NCBI GenBank assembly: GCA_963836235.1
Contig: CAWIIP010000002.1
Location: forward strand, 1,184,001 to 1,248,000
Origin: an uncultured Pseudomonadota bacterium
GTDB taxonomy: Bacteria > Oederibacteriota > Muellerivitia > Muellerivitales > Muellerivitaceae
Reading direction: 5' to 3'
Length of the DNA stretch: 64,000 nt
The translations under genes and the position numbers were made by a program. Below are positions 59,308 through 64,000 of this stretch, in pieces (the stretch's first letter is position 1; each line of letters starts with the position of its first letter). The notes under the pieces are model-generated. The model was not told where the DNA came from, ran no database searches, and saw only the letters and a list, made by a program, of their open reading frames with translations.

Positions 59308-60660
59308 TTATGAGGGACGTTTTATCAGAAGTATCCTCTTGAGTTTGACCCCTTCCGACTCGGTCAGGTAAAGAATATAAACCCCGCTAGCACAGTTATC
59401 CCCGTACTTGTTTTTTCCGTTCCAGGTATAAGCCCTTTGAAAAGGCGCGGAGATGGTTTGGTCATTATCCAGGGTCAGGATATGCTCCCCCGCCGAATTG
59501 TAAATCATCAGGCTGTAGATGCCCGAATAGGGGTATTGGACTTCGATGGAAACGGGCCCCTGGCTGGGAACCAGCAAATTTCGGGAAACGTAAAAAACAT
59601 CCGCGTTGTTCAGTGTAGCCGTCGGCGTGGCGGTGATCGTTGGGGTGAAAGTCACCGTAAAGGTGTTGGTGACCGTGGGGGTTAAAGTAATCGTATAGGT
59701 CGCCGTGTTGGTGGAAGTGGAAGTGACCGTATAAGTGGACGTGGGTGAGAATGTGGCCGTCGGGGTGGAAGTAACGGTGAAAGTGTCCGTGACCGTGGGA
59801 GTGGAAGTGGCCGTAAAGCTGGCCGTGCTGGTAGGAGTGGAAGTAACCGTATAAGTAGCCGTGGAGGTAGCGGTATTGGTCGCAGTGGAGGTGAGGGTAG
59901 AAGTACTCGTATCAGTGGGAGTGGAAGTAGGCGTCAAGGTGGCCGTGTTGGTGGCGGTGGAAGTGAAAGTAAAAGTGTCCGTGGATGAATAGGTGGCGGT
60001 CGGGGTGGAGGTAGGGGTAAAGGTACTCGTAACCGTCGGAGTGGAAGTGGCCGTAAAGCTGGCCGTGCTGGTGGCGGTGGAAGTCAACGTAAAGGTATCC
60101 GTGGGTGTAGGTGTGGCGGTAGGGGTTGGGGTGAGGGTAAAGGTACTGGTAACCGTATGGGTGGAGGTTGCCGTAGCGGTGGCGGTCTTAGTAGGCGTGG
60201 AGCTGGGGGTATTGGTAAAGCAGTCGACCGTGTAAGAGACCGGAACGGGGGTAGGGAAAGCCACCGGGGGTGAACCGTAATAAATAGTGTCGTCGTCAAA
60301 AAAAGAGCTGGTGTTGCAAGTCGTAATTTGCACCGTGACCGTGACCGCGACGTTCGTATTTGGGGGAACGGTTCCCACGTCCCAAACCACCGCCCCTCCG
60401 GCGGTGAGGGCGCAAGGCGCCCCGGAACAGGAAACGTAAGTGACATCCGTGGGAAGGGTGTCAATGATCGTAACATTGGTCAAAGTCGGGTTCGTGGAGG
60501 GATTGGTAAAGCTGGGGATAAAGGACACGTTTTGACCGAGAACGAATTGGGCCTTGGCGAGTGAAAAGCCAAGGAGCCAAAGAAACGCGGAACCTAAAAA
60601 TATTTTCCACAACCGCCCGCCGGACCGACCCATCATGATTTTTTTGATAAAGGCCCACAT
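59308..60660 (-). CDS. Secreted DUF11 + Thr-rich + FlgD-Ig-like protein
   Basis: DTLP..VTYVS, TPT repeats, IYNSAGE...WNGKN..G...ASGVY. Confidence 0.8.
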   Translation of the reverse strand: MWAFIKKIMMGRSGGRLWKIFLGSAFLWLLGFSLAKAQFVLGQNVSFIPSFTNPSTNPTLTNVTIIDTLPTDVTYVSCSGAPCALTAGGAVVWDVGTVPPNTNVAVTVTVQITTCNTSSFFDDDTIYYGSPPVAFPTPVPVSYTVDCFTNTPSSTPTKTATATATSTHTVTSTFTLTPTPTATPTPTDTFTLTSTATSTASFTATSTPTVTSTFTPTSTPTATYSSTDTFTFTSTATNTATLTPTSTPTDTSTSTLTSTATNTATSTATYTVTSTPTSTASFTATSTPTVTDTFTVTSTPTATFSPTSTYTVTSTSTNTATYTITLTPTVTNTFTVTFTPTITATPTATLNNADVFYVSRNLLVPSQGPVSIEVQYPYSGIYSLMIYNSAGEHILTLDNDQTISAPFQRAYTWNGKNKYGDNCASGVYILYLTESEGVKLKRILLIKRPS

Positions 60661-60926
60661 TTGATTTAATAGCCCTTCAAGGCTGGCTGGCCCGTTTACC
60701 GACCAGCGACGAATGGAAAATGGATCATTAACAAGTGCCTAAGTTTATCACGAAATTCCAAGGCTGGTTGGGGCCAAGAGCAGGGGGAAAGGAGGATGGA
60801 TATTTAATCCCAAAACCTGAAGAGCGCCTAAAACAGTGAAAAGCAGGAACACCTAAAAAAAAATTGGATGAACCACGACTCATTGGCCTTTAACCAATGG
60901 GTCGTGGTTCAAAAAGCTTTTCTTTT

Positions 60927-62939
60927 TTAGGGGCAGATGTCCCCATAAAAAGACAGAAAGCCGGTGTTGGAACTGGATGGGCCGGTATAAGCGGACGGAA
61001 GACTTGCCCCGGGTTGACTCAAGTAGCTGGAAAACAAAATCCCGCCGTTGAAAATACAGTTGGTGGAAACTTCTATCGCCAGCCAATAGTTATTTCCCCC
61101 CGTCACATTCACCGGAGTGTTAAGGGGAATGCTGTTCCATCCGGCAATACTGGTAAAGGGATCTGAGGAGGATAAAAGGGTTCCTGGAACTCCCGAATTG
61201 TCCGAATAAAGCCCCACGGTGGCGGTCGTTCCCGAAGCTAAAAAACTGGGGTGGAGGGTCGAAACCGTCCCGGAAAGTCCCGCCCCGTCCTCCACGTAAT
61301 ACAAATTACCGGCAAGAAGCGTAACGGGGGAAAAGGAATAATAGGCCGGTCCTATAACGGTGGCGCCCAAACAAGCCGGGGCAGGCGGCGTTTGTATCGG
61401 GGTGCTGGTAAAGGTAGGGGTAGCCGTGGCGGAGCCCGACCCGCAGGAATTCACGCACATTTCATAGCACCAGCCGGTTTTGGGAGAGGTCAGCGCGCCG
61501 GGATTCGGGTAAGTGGAAGGCATGGCGCCCGTTTGGTTTCCATTATCTCCGTTGCAATTGGCCCCGCTGGAGGAGGCGCCCACAAAAAGGGTCGCGCTTT
61601 GGCTGTGGGCCACGAGAATCACCGAGTCCCCGCAGGGGATGGAAACCGGGGGAATGGAGGCCGAAAGCCATCCTTGGCTGGAAGCCGGGACGGCTATTGT
61701 CGTGTCCGCGACCAGAAGGGTGTTGTCATAAACTGCGATTTCCATGTTCGCGCTGCTGGAACTGAAATTTCCGGCAAAGACTTGTACTTCATTGAGGCTG
61801 GCGCCACAGGCGCTGCCCACCGGATAGATATTGGCCTGGTAATTGTTATTGACCAGCGTAATGGTGACGACGGGGCTGGGATCATGGAGGCCCAGGGTCA
61901 CGCAACCCGAGGAGGGCGTGGAAGTGGACGTAACGGTCACGGGGACCGTGGCTGTGGTACTGGGCTTGGCAGTGACCGTAGTGGTCACGGTAGGATCAAC
62001 AATGGGAGTCGGGTCAAAAGTAGGCGAGGTGGTGAAGGTGACCGGAACAGTAGTTGTAACCGTGGGGGTAAAGGTCGCGGAAATGATCGGAGTAGGATCG
62101 AAAGTAGGCGAGGAAGGAATTGTGCTGACGGTGGGGGTCGCCGAAACCGTGGGAGTCGATGTTGCGCAAGTAACGAAACAGACAACCCCATTGGATAAAA
62201 GGGGACTGGCCCCCGATGCGGTCATCTCGGCGATGTTGGTGATCGCGCTGGAGGGAACACAGCTCACAATACCGACCCAAGCGACGCTGCCCGAAAGGCC
62301 GCTGATGGGATTGGAAAAGGTCCAGGTGAGCAGGCTGCCGTTCTGGTTGAAAACCACTCCTGGGTCCCCCGCAACCGCTGTCGATGAATAGGCATAGGTA
62401 ACTTCCGCCGGAACCGTGTCACTCAGCACCAAGTTGGAGGCTGAACCACTGGTTTGGGCATAGGAAAGGGTGTAGGTGATCGCCTGTCCGGAAACCAGCG
62501 AAGAAGCCGACTCACTCTTGACCAGAGTGAGTTTGGCGGTAGGCAGAGGGGTAGGGGTAAAGGTGGCCGGAATAGTGGACGAGGGAGTTGGGGTGGAAGA
62601 GGGTGGTACGGTGGAGGTAAATGTCACCGGGTAGGTGGCCGTGATGCTGGGCGTAAAGGTGACGGGAATGGTGGAGGAATAGGTTGGGGTGGAAGGAATC
62701 GTCGTAGCGGTAAAGGTCACGGGAATAGTGGGGGTAAGGGTGATCGGAATGGGACCCCCGCCGATAGTCGAGGTCGAAGAAGGGTATACCGTAGCCGTAA
62801 AAGTGACCGGAACAACACTAGTGGAAGTGGGTGTGTAAAAGAGACTGATGGGAGCAAGGGGAGGGGCAGGCGATCTAACACATGCTCCAAGACTCATCAA
62901 AAGTACTGTCAAAACCGCCCAAATGGCTTTTTTATTCAT
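60927..62939 (-). CDS. Large Thr/Pro-rich lipoprotein with DUF11-like domain
   Basis: Lipobox LGAC, L.L.KS...ITYTL, DTVP. Confidence 0.75.
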   Translation of the reverse strand: MNKKAIWAVLTVLLMSLGACVRSPAPPLAPISLFYTPTSTSVVPVTFTATVYPSSTSTIGGGPIPITLTPTIPVTFTATTIPSTPTYSSTIPVTFTPSITATYPVTFTSTVPPSSTPTPSSTIPATFTPTPLPTAKLTLVKSESASSLVSGQAITYTLSYAQTSGSASNLVLSDTVPAEVTYAYSSTAVAGDPGVVFNQNGSLLTWTFSNPISGLSGSVAWVGIVSCVPSSAITNIAEMTASGASPLLSNGVVCFVTCATSTPTVSATPTVSTIPSSPTFDPTPIISATFTPTVTTTVPVTFTTSPTFDPTPIVDPTVTTTVTAKPSTTATVPVTVTSTSTPSSGCVTLGLHDPSPVVTITLVNNNYQANIYPVGSACGASLNEVQVFAGNFSSSSANMEIAVYDNTLLVADTTIAVPASSQGWLSASIPPVSIPCGDSVILVAHSQSATLFVGASSSGANCNGDNGNQTGAMPSTYPNPGALTSPKTGWCYEMCVNSCGSGSATATPTFTSTPIQTPPAPACLGATVIGPAYYSFSPVTLLAGNLYYVEDGAGLSGTVSTLHPSFLASGTTATVGLYSDNSGVPGTLLSSSDPFTSIAGWNSIPLNTPVNVTGGNNYWLAIEVSTNCIFNGGILFSSYLSQPGASLPSAYTGPSSSNTGFLSFYGDICP

Positions 62940-63049
62940 GGTCTTTACCCCCAAGGATTTCGTCTCTTTCTAGACGGGGTACAAGCCATTCCTTCCAAAA
63001 AAAATAACGAAAGGTCAAAATCCAACAAAGCCTTTAAAAAGGGGCTTAA

Positions 63050-64000
63050 TCAGGCTCCTTCCGAAAATAAAAGTCTCAACTTGTCAGGGGACACGGGCGG
63101 GACTAAGGCCACTTTCAGGTTCTCTTCCACGTGGTTCTTCCTTTTCATTCCGACCAAAGCCGCCGTCACGCCCGGCGAGGAACGCACGAATTGAATGGCC
63201 CTTTGGGCGTCGGTTTCCAGGCCGGTGAAAGTTTTGGCGACCACCGGCGGCAGGTTGCGGGACAAGCGGGCCTGGAGGATCGAGGCGCTGGTGAAAACGG
63301 CGATGTCGTTGGCGTGGGCGGCCTGGAGAAACGAAACCGTTTGGGACCCCAAAACCTGGTTATCCACCCCAATTGCCTCCGCCATTCCCAGGTTATAAGG
63401 AAGCTGGACGGCCTTAAAATGGTGGGACCCCTTCCCCGCTTTTTCCGCCGTCTTGAGGACTTCTTGAAGTGAAAGATATTCCGAACTGTTGGAGGAAACG
63501 CGGTAGCCGTTCCAAGTGGCGGTGCCGTAAGCCTTGATTTTCCCCGCCTGTGCCAATTTTTCCAGTTCCTCGAAAGCCTGGCCAAGACGGATAAAGAAAT
63601 TTTCTTTGGATACTTCGTCCAACTGCGTTTCGGGATTATGGAGGTAATAAAGGTCGATGCACTCCACCCCGAGATTTTGGAGGGATTTCTCCACTTGGCT
63701 GCGGATATAGGCCGGGGTCATGCAGTGACATCCCGCTACCAGGTCTTCGGGCCGGCAGATTCCGGTTTTGACGTAATTGTCCTGAAAATATTGCGGCAGA
63801 CTGGTAGTGGGCTCTCCGTCAAAAGGAATGAACCCGCCCTTGGTGCAGAGAACAACCTCTTCCCTTTTGATCTTTCCTTCTTTTATTAAATCTCCCAAGG
63901 CCTGTCCAATGTTGCGCTCGCTTCGCATACAGCGGTAATTAATGGCCGAATCGATCAGATTAACACCGGAAAGAAGGGCGGTCTTGATTGCTTCTATATA
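63050..64000 (-). CDS. Aldo/keto reductase (5' truncated by the window edge)
   Basis: IDSAINYR..RSE, TKGG, DLYYLHNP, VQLPYN. Confidence 0.88.
   Translation of the reverse strand, partial: YIEAIKTALLSGVNLIDSAINYRCMRSERNIGQALGDLIKEGKIKREEVVLCTKGGFIPFDGEPTTSLPQYFQDNYVKTGICRPEDLVAGCHCMTPAYIRSQVEKSLQNLGVECIDLYYLHNPETQLDEVSKENFFIRLGQAFEELEKLAQAGKIKAYGTATWNGYRVSSNSSEYLSLQEVLKTAEKAGKGSHHFKAVQLPYNLGMAEAIGVDNQVLGSQTVSFLQAAHANDIAVFTSASILQARLSRNLPPVVAKTFTGLETDAQRAIQFVRSSPGVTAALVGMKRKNHVEENLKVALVPPVSPDKLRLLFSEGA

Overview
Bacterial chromosomal window from a diderm organism (outer-membrane beta-barrels, many Thr/Pro-rich lipoproteins). 1-3.3 kb: end of an integrative element (Replic_Relax protein, Xis-like HTH, tyrosine integrase) abutting tRNA-Ser(TGA); tRNA-Ser(GCT) follows, and each tRNA has a short hairpin insert plus a duplicated 3' end. 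7.5-28.8 kb: an accessory region with all genes on the minus strand except an IS66 transposase. Its core (8093-18680) is an integron-like cassette array: 12 single-gene or single toxin-antitoxin units are separated by 13 co-oriented copies of a 28-bp site, TGTCCACGACGGG-TC-CCCGTCGTGGACA (13-2-13 inverted repeat). The site is not an attC, and no intI is visible. A ParB-domain/transmembrane gene lies upstream, and a second copy of its 3' end directly precedes the first array site. The region also holds several TA modules, an IS66 that splits a brnA gene and a ~70-bp two-hairpin mini-element that splits a higB-like gene. 28.9-64 kb is mostly housekeeping (ahpC, tkt, pgl-opcA-zwf, pstS, cysH, gpsA, aroK, cobB, amrS, rhomboids, AKR), with REP-like repeats, an orphan array site and an insertion bracketed by a duplicated gene 3' end. 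All protein calls come from motif recognition by eye; no searches were run.
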